Shown: positions 1 to 13,300 of the stretch, piece after piece
How positions within the stretch are numbered: position 1 is the stretch's first letter
Layout of the letters: each line of letters starts with the position of its first letter
NCBI GenBank assembly: GCA_001949185.1
Contig: BDGG01000001.1
Coordinates: 1,045,153 to 1,109,152, forward strand
Direction of reading: 5' to 3'
DNA: 64,000 bases
Source of the DNA: Ramazzottius varieornatus
Taxonomy: Eukaryota > Animalia > Tardigrada
The notes under the pieces: generated by a model
Database searches by the model: none
What the model saw: the letters and a program-made list of their open reading frames with translations, nothing else
Told to the model about the DNA's origin: nothing
Program-made: the position numbers and the translations under genes

Positions 1-1637
1 ATTTGCCGACGCCTCAAAAATCTCGAAATTGCTTTACGCCAGGTGGATCGAACAGGCGTGACATCATAGCTTTGCTCCAAGTTCCGAGAAAGGGAGTTTG
101 AAGTGGATATTTCGGGTTCATGACCTTTATGGAATGATCCATACCGGTCACCTGCCTGGAAGTTTCAACAACACGCTCATTACTTGCCCTAAATAACCAT
201 AATTAGGACAAAACTAGCCCTCACTTACGGCAAATGAACTGCGGAAATTGAATTTGCATACAGATCAGCCGTTGTCACCCCAGCATTATTTCCAGTTTCC
301 AACCTGTTGCATATGATACCATTTACCGCAAAAGCAGGCAAAAGAGGGTAAACAGAAGGCAGCAGGCAAGCTTCCAATTTACGGCTAACTTCCTTCCTAA
401 ACAGTTGCGGTGGCAGACCGTGAAGGGTTGTAAAGCGCCCACCGGTCATAAAGCCTGCAATTACGCACAAAAGGAGCGCAAAGGGAACAAGCAGAAGGAA
501 CCGACACCCACCTAATAACAGGCCACAGTGAGAAATGTTTCTCTTATCAATTTAATTATCGCAAGCACAGTATCGCTCAAATGTTCCCTTCTTCTTCCTT
601 TGACGGGAACGTAAACGTGGGTGAGCACGGCGTGGGTTGAGGTATGTACCGGCGTACAGGTAGATCAAGATCGCACTGCAGTGTCAACTGACCAAAGGTG
701 CAATTAGAATTCACGTACAAAGTGCCCCATTACGGTACACAAATTTCACGGTCCATGCTTCAGTGTCAACCGTCAACTTTCCGAGAAGTACGTGAGGTTC
801 ACGGTTTTCAGTTTGATCAGTCTTGGAAAAAGTTCCTCCTACTTTGAACGTACAGGTAGATCAAGAATGAAGCCGTGGTTCAAAATCCTCTCACTTTATG
901 ACCACGCCTACCTCCATCTCCAAGCCGTGGAGAATCAGCCTTTCGGACTGTATTGTACAGCGCTTGGAAGTACGGTTGCGTACTCGATCGAGACTCATCG
1001 CGTTTTTATATTTGATGATCACTTCTGACAGTTTCGATTATTCATGGAAACGTGCTGATGGTGTTTTTTTTGTCGTGCATCAAAAGATTCGTCTGTGTCT
1101 GTGATGACACTGGCCGTGATTGATGCGGTGTGATTTGTGTAGGCGCGAACGACATTGTGTGCTCACTGGTGCGTCAACCATCTTTCTCTCAAACCTCATT
1201 TTCGAAACAGGAAGAAGCTCACAAAAGCACGCAAAGTTTGTGAAGGTGTTCTTGAGCGGTCTCTTCTATACTGTACAATGTAATGAGATATTTACACCGG
1301 ATATCGTAATAATCGACTTCGCTCTTCATCCATCCACCGCTTGTGTGAGAGTCAGTCGGCCGACAACACGCTCCGCTTGCTGCCAATCAAAAGTTTTACC
1401 TGACTGATCCCCCTGCTTTACGTGCCCAGAGAAAACGGATGTCATAAAGCTATTTCACCTGTTCAACCATTTTCCCCTCGATGCTTTCCTCAACTGATCG
1501 ATTACACGCTACAAGGAAATATGGACCAGAAAGTCTCATTCAGCGTTGTTCAACTGTTTATTGAGCGTCGACCATTGCTCGGTGATTGATCAGCAATTCA
1601 TTTTGTTATTGTGCTGTTGTATTCTATTGAGCGGAAA

Positions 1638-3626
1638 ATGAACGTGTTACGAACGAAGTTCACTTACATGGATCTCAACTGGTTATTATTTCTAAGAGCG
1701 ATAATTGTCGGATTAGCCATCGATGGAAGTGCCGGCATCAAATGGCTGTAAGTGAATACTGATATTGTGGTCGCACGAAGAATGATAATAATAAGGCGCT
1801 TTTGTGTAGGCTTTTGTCTTTGATGTATCGGCATGTTGTGGTGATTAACGTGGCTCGTTTGACCGCATAGTTGGATTAGAAGTCCTAAACCAAATATTGA
1901 TTCCTGTGTGATTTCCCTAGGAGCTTATCCAAGTCAAATTTGACCTGGACCAGCACGCAACACTGTCGACTGGCCTTCAAGTATCGGACGTTGGACCGTG
2001 GTCAGGCGCAGTTCTGCAAGCGCTATTTGGATACGATGAAATATGTGACGAAAGCCTCCAAGGATACCAGAACGGCCTGTCAGACGCAATTCTTCCATAA
2101 CCGATGGAACTGCTCGTCAGTAGAACTGGCTCCAAACTTCATGAATGATCTCAAATACGGTAATTTAGAATGTCCTATCATGTGTGCTCACTGTTCGCAA
2201 TTACTTCACCCGAGTTGAAAATTTATCCAAGCATAACTTTGGGCAATATTTCTTGGCCAGGCTTCTGTACGTATCAATAATTCAAAATTTCTGAGCCTGG
2301 TGACTTAGATCAGACGGTAACAGAAAACCAACGCATTGGCAAGCAAAAAATCGGGAATCTGACCACCTTTACTCGCCAAACTTCAGGTTTACAGTTTTCG
2401 AACCAGGAAGTGTTTTTTGTCAGGACCGCGACCAAATTTTGTGACCATTCCAGTCCTATCGATTGTTCGCCTAATTTCCGTTTGATTTCCCGAGCTATTG
2501 TCTTGTCGTCATCACGAAAACTAGAGCCAGATTGAAGCAGATCTGTAGGAGGTGTCCGTATCGTTGATGTGCAAACATTAGGTTTTCCCCTTGCAGGAAC
2601 TCGGGAACAGGCTTACGTTGCCGCCCTATCGTCCGCGTCCGTCGTCCATGCAGTAGCCAAAGGTTGCGCTAGTGGAACCCTCACCAACTGCAACTGCGGT
2701 CCGATGCCCAACGAGCCTCCCAGCGGCGACTACAAGTGGGGTGGTTGCGGCGATGACGTGGTCTTTGGCATGAAAGTCAGCCGGCTCTTTACCGATATCC
2801 CCTACAGCTTCAAATACTTTGCCAGCCAAGAGAACCAAGGCAAGCTGAAGAAGAAAGACAAGTTGAGCAAGTTGCTCGTCTGGAAGAAGAGCCGCCAGTC
2901 GCGCGCGGCTTTGAACCTCCACAATCAGTTCGCGGGGAGGAAGATGGTGGAGGCCGCCCTGACACGCCACTGCAAGTGCCATGGCGTCAGCGGCTCTTGT
3001 CAGATACGGACGTGCTGGAAGAGCTTGCCGACCGTGAAGGAGATCTCCGAAAGGCTGTATCGCTCGTATAAACGAGCAGTGGAGGTGAGTGAGTGCATGC
3101 TGTAAACGTTGACTTGGTTGTCAAGTGGCACTTGAGAAGTGTGCAAACATCCTCGTTTCCCTTTCCTGAATGACTTTGACTAGACGGCCGAAATAAAGCT
3201 GACAGCCAGATCAAATCTTCAACTTTCATTTTCCATTCAACTGGAAAATTTAAAAAAAAGTACAAGCATTGGATGCTTGTAGCAATTTGACGTTTTCTGT
3301 TTAAGGTGCGCCATCTGCCGGCATCCAACAGTTTCGAGCCCGTTTACCCGTTGGTTAGCGATCAAACAGACGAGACCCTTCTCTTCTCCGCCAAGTCGCC
3401 AGATCACTGCACACCGGATGAGAAGTTTGGCTCCGTGGGAACACGCGACCGACTGTGCAACGCTACCTCCCACGGACCGGAGAGTTGTCAAAGCATGTGT
3501 TGTGGCAGAGGCCATTACAGTTACTCTGTCCTTGTCAATGTTTCCTGTCATTGCAAATACATTTGGTGCTGTCGTGTGGAGTGTCAAACGTGCCAACAGA
3601 AGCTTCTAGTCACCAGATGTAAATAA
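1638..3626 (+). CDS. Wnt11: Wnt11 ligand, 4 exons: 1638-1747, 1921-2159, 2597-3084, 3306-3626
   Basis: GT-AG introns with compatible phases give a signal peptide followed by GIKWLSLS...TQHC, [46 protein letters not shown] and CHCKYIWCC. The IKWL and SSVELAPN segments are typical of the Wnt11 subfamily. AATAAA lies just downstream of the stop. Confidence 0.93.
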
Positions 3627-5917
3627 TGGGCATCTTCTTGTCGTTTTGTGAAATACTCTACGTCCTCGATCTACCAAGAATAAACTTACTCCCACAAGTC
3701 AGAAAGTATCGTCGTATTTTTCTTTTATTCGTCGTATCTGAAGCCAGAATTACAGTAAAAGTTGATGAATAGGGCCATAGTGTTCAAACAGGAACAGGAA
3801 TATGCTGCGAAAAGAACTGCGGCGCCACCTACAGCAGTCGCTTCCATCGCTGCGCTTGTCATATTATTGCACCGAGACGTTGTACACTAATAGCAGGGTG
3901 AATTCTGGATTAACTCTGCACCTCGGGCTCTGCTACTAACTGGCATTTGTAGCTGCACTTCCATGCAACTCTCGGACAGTTTGATTTTTCGATCTATTTC
4001 AAGAGCAGACAACAAAGAGGACTTCAACGTCTGGTCATACGTGCCTTTTGCCCCTGCTGGATTCGACAGATGTGAGAAAGGGAAACGAAAGAGCAGGAAT
4101 GTTTAGCGACGTAGTACTGGCCGAAGTGGTCTGATGTCAGATGCCTGTGACTGCCATCACGGGCTTGTTTTTGCTTACCCCTAATTACAAAAATTTTGAA
4201 AGCGACTTCCGTATCGCTGCGACATGGCGCAAAACATACCCTGTGGATTCCGCGCGAAATAGCCTTTCCCGGGGAAGTGAAAGCAGCCATTCAAGAGCTC
4301 AATCAAGTAACTGCGCTTTGCATGATGCAGTACGAGAAGAAAAAGTAAAATTTCCAAATCAGAGCCAGGCCAGTCGTACGGCCAGCCAACAACATCACAT
4401 TCAAACGGCTGTGCTCAGCCGTAACGTTCATCTACCTGAATTTACGGACTTTATGTTTGCTTCTCGCATTTCTGATCCCTCTTCGACTTTCTCGCCGACG
4501 GTGATCGATGTTCCAGTGCGAAGCACCTGCGACGAACTTGCTTCGGATATCGAAGGTGAGCTGTATCACAGGCTGCATTCGGAATAGGACCCAAGCCGAA
4601 CTATCCTGAACTGGGCATCGTTTCGACGAAAAGAGGTGAGGAATATCGACAAGAATCCTCATTTACGCTTTATCAAGAATCTTGCTTGGTAAATCGTTTC
4701 GCTGCTTTCTTTAGGGTCAGATGTATACCAGTCTCACAGTAGAAGACGTGAGACTGTTGCTCCAATCACTCATCGCCGGAAGAGCTGTGGGTCCGGCCGT
4801 GCCGGAGCTGGGCTGCTCAAACAGAAGAAGCACAACAACGCGTCTCCTTCCACCTTCGACAACACTCGCGCCATTGAAGCTGATAGCAATACTGGATCCA
4901 GGGGAGACCTCGCGGGATTGATGAGCATGTTTGGTGTTCAGGTAAGCTTGGCTAAGATTTCCTACCTGTTTGGCAGAGGAAAAAGAGTGGTATAAGTTTC
5001 AAATGGGAGCTCGGCAGACAATTCGACAAAACCGATTTTCAAACGGCGCCCGCTTCTGGCCATTGGAACTGACAACATGCGCCACTTGGGGGAAACCATC
5101 TGGTCGAATTTGCTTACCGACCTAGGAGACTGCTCCGAAGATCGCAACCACTTGCCGCACCAGCCAGGATCCACTGCTCGAAATCAGTAGCCGAGAAGGC
5201 CCGTGCACTAAACTGCTCTTTCGCAGGTGATTGTGGAGTATACTCCTAACAGCCAAAAGGATGGAAAATTTACCGCTCGAGACGCTGCTTTATACTATTA
5301 CTGTACGTTAATACCTGAATTCTTCTGGATGAAACGATAGAAGACACATATTATGGATTGTAATGCGTTACTGTGCACAGTTCTTGCGTTTTACAGAATA
5401 ACAACAAGGGACTTATTTGCTTGTCCTGTCGTGATGTCACGAATTGACAGCTAGGAAGGACGAGACGCTGAGATGGTCGTCCATAACGTTCCATGGAAAA
5501 ATGGTGTGAAATGGTTTCTTGATAGTTCAAACGAGAAAACAAACTCTGGAAGAAAACAAGGAGATTTTCAACCAGAGATTTCGCTGTGCAGTAGGACGTG
5601 TAAGCGCACACATGGTTGCAGTCAGTAGGCCGCATACCAAATTTCGACCAATCATTTGCTTTGAGCGGATTGAGCCAAACACATGTGGTGTTCGGGAAAT
5701 CTGTACCCTGGTCTATCAAAAGTTTTGCATTTCCCGGTCCGGATAATCTTAGGGTGTACCCCTTGTAAGCCGTTAGCGGTAGCGGTACTTCGTGCTTGAC
5801 AATTTTAGTCTTGTATTATTTTCACGATTATTCCGTAGTAATTTCAGAGCCGATCCTGATTACAGTTAAAGGTGAGGCTGCACCTTGACGAAGTTTCCTG
5901 TGTTCCGTATTGCAGGT

Positions 5918-7109
5918 ATGGCAAAACCGGGATCTTCCAGAGGCAAAAAGTCCGAGGGTGGCGAGAAGAAGCAGGCGAAGCCGTCTGATGTAGGGACTTT
6001 CGGTGAGTGACTGGACGTTCAGTCATCCCTGAAACCCTATTCGGATCACCATTTGTACTTTCCGGTCCAACAATGCGAACTCGGAAGCGGAAGAGCGTTG
6101 TGGAAGAAGTCGAAAACCCAGAGAGTCGACTAGAGCGCATCCACAAAAAAGGTTCGTTCATCTTGTCCAGTTGCGTTTTGGAGAATTATGACTTGAGGGA
6201 TGTACCCCGTATTCTACCTATTGTCTTGTCAGACTTCATCGTGGTTCAGTTTCCGGACAAGATGGCTTTGACACTGGATATGAAAGCTGTCCCGACAACG
6301 AAGAAATGGGATGGGGACGACGGCGTTTCCTACGGCGAGTCCCCAGCTTCGGGTGACCAGATAGTCGTTCGTCACGCAAAGCAGCAGTCTTCCAAAGCCA
6401 AAGTCGTGATCATCACTGCGAGCAAAACTGAAGCTGAAGGTTTACAGAAAACGCTGGACGAGCAAGCCAGGTAAGCGATGGTAAATGCTTTCCATGTCTT
6501 ACGGCTATCTCTGCTGTTAGTGCTTTCTCATCGAGTAGTTTTCAGAAAGTCGCTCCAAAGAAACCTTCCGGTCCGTTGTCACCTTCCAAAATTCAGAATG
6601 AGCGAGATTTCTCATCAGAGCTGGTCTGTGAATCTGCTGATGGATAACACGCTGACGAAGATGAAGCTTGGGTTAGCGAGTCGGCGGAAGTGGAAAAAAA
6701 CAGAACGGTCGGCGTCCCCACAGCTTCAGTTGGCTCAGACTTTGGATAGGCCCTACTGTTCTTTGGTCCAAGGCACAACGCTCTGGATTTGTTCGTGGGT
6801 CGTGGATTTGGGCTTCAGGCGGCTCTGGGAAACGGTGTCGTTACCGACATTGTCGGTAAGAGGATTTTCGTCCACCGCTCGTTCAAGTTCAAGTTCTATT
6901 TCTAATGGCAATGTTTCTTCTCAGGTTGGATAAACTCCTTTCATTCGGTTTCCATGCATGACGAGCGAGCAAGAGTCACCAGTACCGAAGTGGTCACGGT
7001 GTTTGGCAAACGGCTGTACAACATGAGAAAGAGTATGAACCCCGGCGAGGGTACTTCAGGAGTACAATCCAAAGACCTAGTTTTCGAATCTGATGATGAA
7101 CCTTTGTGA
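5918..7109 (+). pseudogene. Decayed multi-exon gene, possibly with a C-terminal BEN-like helix (transposon accessory-type)
   Basis: Splice-bounded pieces MAKPGSSRGKKSEGG...|gtgagt, DFIVVQFPDK...EQA|gtaag and KVAPKKPSGP...ESADG* (in-frame stop). The last piece reads WINSFHS...VTSTEVVTVFGKRLYNMRKS...DDEPL*. The BEN resemblance is by eye only. Confidence 0.3.
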
Positions 7110-7260
7110 AAAGTCTCGCCGTTCGTTCAACTAGCCTCCCTTTTCTTCTCTATTGAGCATCCGAAATTGTGAACGACGTAGGATTCTCATTGTCTGTAGG
7201 CTAACTTTTCGAACTGCGGATGCGTGTAAGAAAACTGCGAATCAGTATTGGTCGACACTT

Positions 7261-7318
7261 CCGCTTCCCCCAAACATCCGCTTCCTCCAAACATCCGCTT
7301 CCCCCAGACATCCGCTTC
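7261..7318. repeat. 17-bp tandem repeat (ccgcttcccccaaacat) x3.4
   Basis: Units at 7261, 7278, 7295 and a partial unit at 7312. Confidence 0.9.
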
Positions 7319-7342
7319 TGAATGCCCTCCCGAACATGCGAT

Positions 7343-7390
7343 ACGGAAGCGATGAGGTATATGACAGACCATATACCTCATCGCATCCGT
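7343..7390. repeat. Near-perfect hairpin, 21-bp arms, 6-nt loop
   Basis: acggaagcgatgaggtatatg-acagac-catatacctcatcgcatccgt (1 mismatch). Confidence 0.85.
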
Positions 7391-9102
7391 TTGGTGTCAT
7401 TTGTGGAATGTGAGTATAGTTCCTGCTGAGCGGCGGGACCTCTTACGTTCGGTCTAGCGATACTGCCCACTTGCTCACCCAGGCTGACTGGGGTTATTGT
7501 TGTACACCAATCACAAATCTAATGAAGAATGGTTACAGCGCACCTTATGTTTTTGATTGAAATTGGCACGACCTGTGAATTAGCTTACCAAGAGAACGCC
7601 CGTAGAAGGAGGGCGTTGCCGATGGAGCCGGTAAGGCTAACAAGTAAAATAGAGCTTCCTGTGGCGTAATGCATCTAAAAAAGGAGGAACCGACAAGTTT
7701 ATCATCGTAAGAGTCGATGCTCCCAAGTGCTCACAAGTGGATACTCTGGCCATGCAGCTGATGCCCATCTTCCCCATGCAGGCGCCGGAAGATCACCTCT
7801 TTCAAAAAAGTAATCCCTGTGTGGATGATCCTACTGCTGATGAACCCGTCGAAATCTTTCGGTTGAAACGTTATCGTTAAACGCGGTCCTGTTGTTGACA
7901 TTCATCCTGAACAATCTGAATGAAAGGACGAGCGGAATATAATCACTACGAGGTATATAAGCTCTGCAATTCGGTCGGACCGATTTTCCCATCACAATTC
8001 GGGCGGTCTGTATCTCCGCTCTGTCTGCTCCAAGTCTTCTAGTTTTTGTTCGCCGGGCTAGAACAGACACTCTTCTATCTCTCGTGATGGTTCTAGAGAT
8101 AGGAAGATGTCACAGAGTTGAGGAGTCAGCGGTGAAAGGAAGAGGGGTCTGCTCAGTGTTGGATAGCCTAAAGTTGTATCAACCGATGTATGACGATCAA
8201 TCGATACAGCATAGTAATTAACATATCAACTTTTCGCGCCGCTCGAATTATGGAGTTTACCTCGTAGACAGATTATTCGGAATGAGACACCAAGTTTGCT
8301 TACGTTCTCGAAAGTGAGGAGCGAGCGATGACGGTACCACAAACAAGCAAGCGCCAACTGGGGTTCAAGTGCCTGAACGAGATGGAAATTTGAAACACTG
8401 ATTGAAAACAAATTTAAACTAGCTTGACATGCCGAGGCATGCAGTTAACCAGTGTTGCCGCTTTCCCCTAGCTGCTAATGATCGAGGGATGACTGGCTCA
8501 AACACATTCTGTCAAGTCCCTGCATCTCCAGCCGAAGGGAAACCTTGCAACGGATAGATGTCTGGGTTGGCCTTAATGGCTGCATTGAAAGCGCGCAACA
8601 TCAAATGAGTCCTTCTCAGCATCGCTCATTCGAGCTTGGGCGAAGACTCCTTTTCCTTCGCAGTGTACTACTGTACAGGAAGGGTTTTCCCGGCTCTTGG
8701 CGAACTCTTACGTACTGGCGTCCCAGCTCACCAAACACAAAGCTCTTCCCAACATATACGCACACTGGGTCGTTTCCTTGTAGTAGCGAATGTGCATCAT
8801 CATTCTTTAAATTTTGCGTTTTGGGTTGCTTATCCCCATTCATATGGCTGTACATTCAGGCTGATTCAGCAAACGTCCTTGGTCTCGAAAGATTCCTTGG
8901 GAGCACGGAAGACGTCACGCACTGGGCATCCGAAAGGTACCATCAGCCTAATTTCGGGAATGACTGCAAACTATCTTTGCTGCAAACTATCCAAAGGACA
9001 CAGGGCCATGCATTCAGACTAGCGTTCAGGCCATGGATTCCACGCGTGAGGGCTCGTTCCTAAGCTGATCGAGCCCTGAAAAGCGGTGATTAGGAAAGAA
9101 TA

Positions 9103-9260
9103 AGATAGACTGAATCGCGGAATAAAATCCTGGAAGACACCGCAGGAAGCGGAAGTGACGTCAAAATTCAGGGCGGATCATCAGTGTGATAGTAAATCAA
9201 CCGATTTGATTGCCTACTGGATGATTTCATGTTGACTTATTCCGCCGATTCAGTCTATCT
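9103..9260. mobile_element. MITE, ~158 bp, ~24-bp terminal inverted repeats
   Basis: agatagactgaatcgcggaataa ... ttattccgccgattcagtctatct (one indel). Confidence 0.65.
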
Positions 9261-9370
9261 CTGTGCGTGGAGCAAACTCTCCTCTATCTTTTTGTCGTAA
9301 CTGTTTGAAGATCAGAGTGGACAGACTGGCGTGAATCCCTTATGAATAAATCACCCGTCCACCGCTGGTT

Positions 9371-9615
9371 AGGACTCCAAATTGCTGCAGTGACGTGAAG
9401 CGCTTTAGTTGAGTATTCTTGATTGATCACAAATTGTTCAGCCGATCAGCTGTTTAGCACGTTGGAACTTGGTGGCGCGCCATCACGCACTGCCAACGGG
9501 TTATGCTTCGCCGTTCTATACCCGAATGTCAAAGCAGCTGATCGGCTGAGCAACTTGTGACAAACCAAAATACTCAACCGAAGAGCTGTACGTCACTGCA
9601 GCAAATTGGAGTCCT
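9371..9615. mobile_element. Foldback MITE with ~85-bp imperfect inverted arms
   Basis: aggactccaaattgctgcagtgacgt...cagccgatcagctg pairs with cagctgatcggctg...acgtcactgcagcaaattggagtcct. Confidence 0.75.
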
Positions 9616-10345
9616 GACTTCCGGTTCCCGCAGTACCTTCCAGGTTTTCTTTGCGCACTAGTTCTATAGCTCAAACTGTCCACCAGACTCTTCTCCATAT
9701 TCCTGTGAAGTCGGTTTGAGCATCAGGATTTAATGGTTGGCGGGATCGCCTTGTCGAGAGTTAAGGTCACCTGCGAAAGGCGCTGCTATGAGTTCATATC
9801 TATCGTGCGTAAACAGCCTGTGATCCCATCCCACTCGCTCATTTAGAGAGAAATTCTGTACAATCAATTTACCACAGTTTATAGTCGGTGCCTAGAGAGT
9901 GAAACCATATTCACTGCAGTACAGGCTTCTATACAGGCTCGTTGATATACTGGAGAAGTCCAATCAGCCCACAATCAAGCGTAGAAAGACAAGACAGGGC
10001 GGACTTTTCGTATTGATCTATCATGATCGGTGCGAAAGTTACTGCGAACGGTGCGTGAAACTCATATGGATACTGCAGGTTTTGTATTTTATGGATAAAT
10101 GTGGTCAAATTGTATCAGCCATAACGCATACTGAACCGAAGAACATCTCGTAGCCTATATGTAAAGCTTGTGATACCGCAGTTGGTATAGCTTGCAGCAA
10201 GTCCGACAAAGCGAAAGGTAGTAGTGCATGGATATGAAGTCTGATAAAAATGTGATTCTGCTCGGCTAATTTATAATGATGCAGCAGGCACTTGCAGCAA
10301 TGGTCCTGGATGTAATGGTAGTCAAGGCAAAGGTAGACGGTAGAC

Positions 10346-13300
10346 CTATTGTGTTGTCTCGTCATCTGTACTTCCAATAGTTTCATTCATAGAATCACGG
10401 ATTTGATCACTAATATCGACTGCTTCGTTAATTGCCGTAATCAAGCAGTTCTTTGAAACCGACTCTGTTTGGCACAATGCAGCTACGTATTCAGCGTAAA
10501 CTTCAGTGAACGGTTCAAGTAGATTGGTATAGTATTCGGAGCTCCATTGGCCAGTCCCCACCGACGGCACTCGCAAAGTCCCTTGGTACACGACTTGTTG
10601 TTCTCGAGAGCTGGTAGTAACTACGTACACCCCGCCGTGTCCGAATGCAGTAATACCGCACTGTTGTATTCCAGGCTCTGTGGAACCGACAACAAGTAAC
10701 CTGGCCACTTCCTGGTATTGATCTGTATTAATATTGCACGGTCGGGGCTGTTGCTCTAGCGCATAAGGAATGCTTGGAGGAGACGCCGGTGGTTGCTCGG
10801 CCTCGCGATCGTGCTGCGGTAGGGCATTCAGTACTTTGACCGATCCTTTGACTTTTTTCGACCTTCCTAATTCTTTTAGCGCGTTTACCCCACTGTATTT
10901 TTTCAGCGGATTCAGCCGATTCAGTGTAATCAGTGCGTCTACTACAGGCTTGACGTCATCACTGTTCTTTTGTGACTTAGACGATTCCGTTTGCGAAGGC
11001 GAAGGATCGGCCAAAGATGTGTCAGAGGACGCAGACTTTTCAGTTGCCGGAGGGCTGCCCGTGTTTTTGGCCTGTGTAGTACTGTTCAGTCGTTTAAATA
11101 TAGAGAGTACTGATTTCTTGTTTTCGGCGTTTTTCTCTGACTTGGACGGCTCCGTCTGCGACGGCAAAGGATCAGACGTAGCACCAGGTGCGGTCGTTGG
11201 AGCTGGTAGCGGGCTTCCCTGTTCGTCGGCCTGAGCAGCGGTGATCGTTCCGCTTGATTGTACCGTCGGGGTTTTTGGCAGACGGCTAACGTTGTGCAGA
11301 TCCACGACATCTAGCAGTTCATTTAGATCGAGGCGTTCATCGTCCCTTATTTTCAGGATACTCTGCAGTGTCATTCGCAGTATGAATGAAGCTGTTTTGG
11401 GAAGAGCACCGACCCGCTGAGTAAGGTTAGTATGATATTTTTCAAGGTCTGACCGAGGAAAAACTCCAGCATCGGCTTTAACGGTAAGTAAGTTATTCAA
11501 ATCTAGCAGTCCAGCCAGACAGGCATACATTATGACGCCAAAGCTCCACACATCAGCTTTGTATGCTTTCGCAATGGTGTTCGCAGCGGTGTTCGCAGCG
11601 GAATTCGCGTCGGTGTCTGCTGCGGTCTTGACGAATTCTCCGCGGACGACTTCTGGTGCCATGTACGTAAAGGTACCGACGTAGGGACCATAGGTCGTGA
11701 GCACGCGCGCGAAATCTTTCGAGACACCGAAGTCCCCGATTTTTAGAACTATGTTCTCACATGGTGTTGCTTTCAGGTCTGACAACTTGGCTGGATCGTT
11801 TCTACCGTTTATGTGGAGCAGAATATTCTCTGGTTTAAGGTCCCTGTGGGCGATCCCCAGTGCATGTAGAGCCTTTAATCCGTTAGTTATCTGCTTTGCA
11901 AAGTACCAAAGATCCTTCTCCGGTACATTTGGAACAGCTGAAATAAATTGTGGTGAAAAGCCCACCAACGTCGACGCCGCAGCGCCAGCCACCCTCCTGG
12001 AGCTCTCTTGGCTCGCTATTTAGCCAATTTTTCTATCGGCCCTAGCAGTGGGACGGGAAAAGTCCTGGTTGTGAGACAGCGGAACAGATGAAACCGTTTT
12101 CCTATTTAAGATACGTCCAGTCGCAGATTAGGGAGAATAGTTCGCAACAGCGTACTGAAGTACCCGCAAGACGGGAAATTATGGTACAGTAAAAATTATG
12201 GGACAAGCGGAAAAGACAGTAAAATGGAAATTTGACCGTAAAAAAGTGTCGAGAAATGTATTACCGTGGATCGGTCGCGCACGTACGTGCTTGCGTACCA
12301 CCGTAGCGAAACGGCCTGTCCCATAATATGTACTGTACCATAATTTCTCGTCCTGCGTGTACTGTATTAGGTCGGTCAATCTGATTTTGCGTTGTCGGGA
12401 GGGGGGGGGGGCGCACTTTCGATAACGTTTCTTCACCAGGCGAAGAAACTTTTTCCGTTTGAACGATGCTCAAAAGTAACAACAAGCTCTTTACGATTCT
12501 TCAGAACCATCATCAGAACGATTCAATGAAAGAAGAAAAGGGAAAACTGAGGGGAGCAGCAGCGCTCAGTTTTGACTAGGGTGTGTTCGTAATTTTTCTA
12601 CGACAATACCACTTACTATTTTCACGAAAACGTGTCTGTTTGTTGTACTGGACAACTTGACCTGCAAACCAAAGGCAGTACGCTATGGAGGAAACAAACG
12701 GTCATTCTGTAGAAAACAGTTTTGTCAGATTTCGGGATGGTACGTCGCGGATTTCAGTGTGCGCCAGTTCAACGTGGGAAAAATTTTTTGGCTGTCCTTC
12801 CTCAACAGAGAACGAGTGACAGTGGTTTTTCATGATATAACGAGGTATCCTTTTCTACTGTTCAAAGTTTCAGAATTTTCGCTCTCTCTGGGAATGCAAG
12901 ACCCACGTTTTTTGACGTCAATTTGTGGTCATTGTTGGGATAAATCTCCACCTGGCTATGTTCTCAGCCAAGGTTTCCCGAAGTAAGTCGAAACCGCTGT
13001 TTAACGGTGGGGTCTTTGGGTTGTTATCACCTGGTATTTGCACTACTCGTATAGTTGGACCACAAAAATTTCTCGGAAAGCGGTAGTAAGGAAAACCGTT
13101 CTTGGAAATCAACTGAGAGCGTGATCGGAACTTTTACACAATCGTTTCAAAGACTGTAGCATTTCCTATGTTAAAAACAAGAAACTGGATCAAAATTCCG
13201 ACCCAGTCCATAGATATGATTTTCGAAAGTCGCTGTTCAGAAAAGCGCAAAGTCATATGGACGGACCTGCTAAGTGAATTTGATCGGTTCTCCAAACGAA

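Noticed and set aside
2626-2982. Antisense ORFs over Wnt11, the kinase, the GPCR, the GTPase, ankyrin and MYST exons
   Set aside because: These are shadows of real coding sequence on the opposite strand.
7261-7318. Short direct repeats as a CRISPR-like array (also 36644-36705 and 51144-51194)
   Set aside because: The units are head-to-tail without unique spacers, the context is eukaryotic and no cas genes are present.
11938-11992. ORF-track N-terminus MAGAAASTLVGFSPQFIS of the 548-aa kinase ORF
   Set aside because: It starts at GTG and lies upstream of a clear acceptor (tttatttcag); it is intronic.
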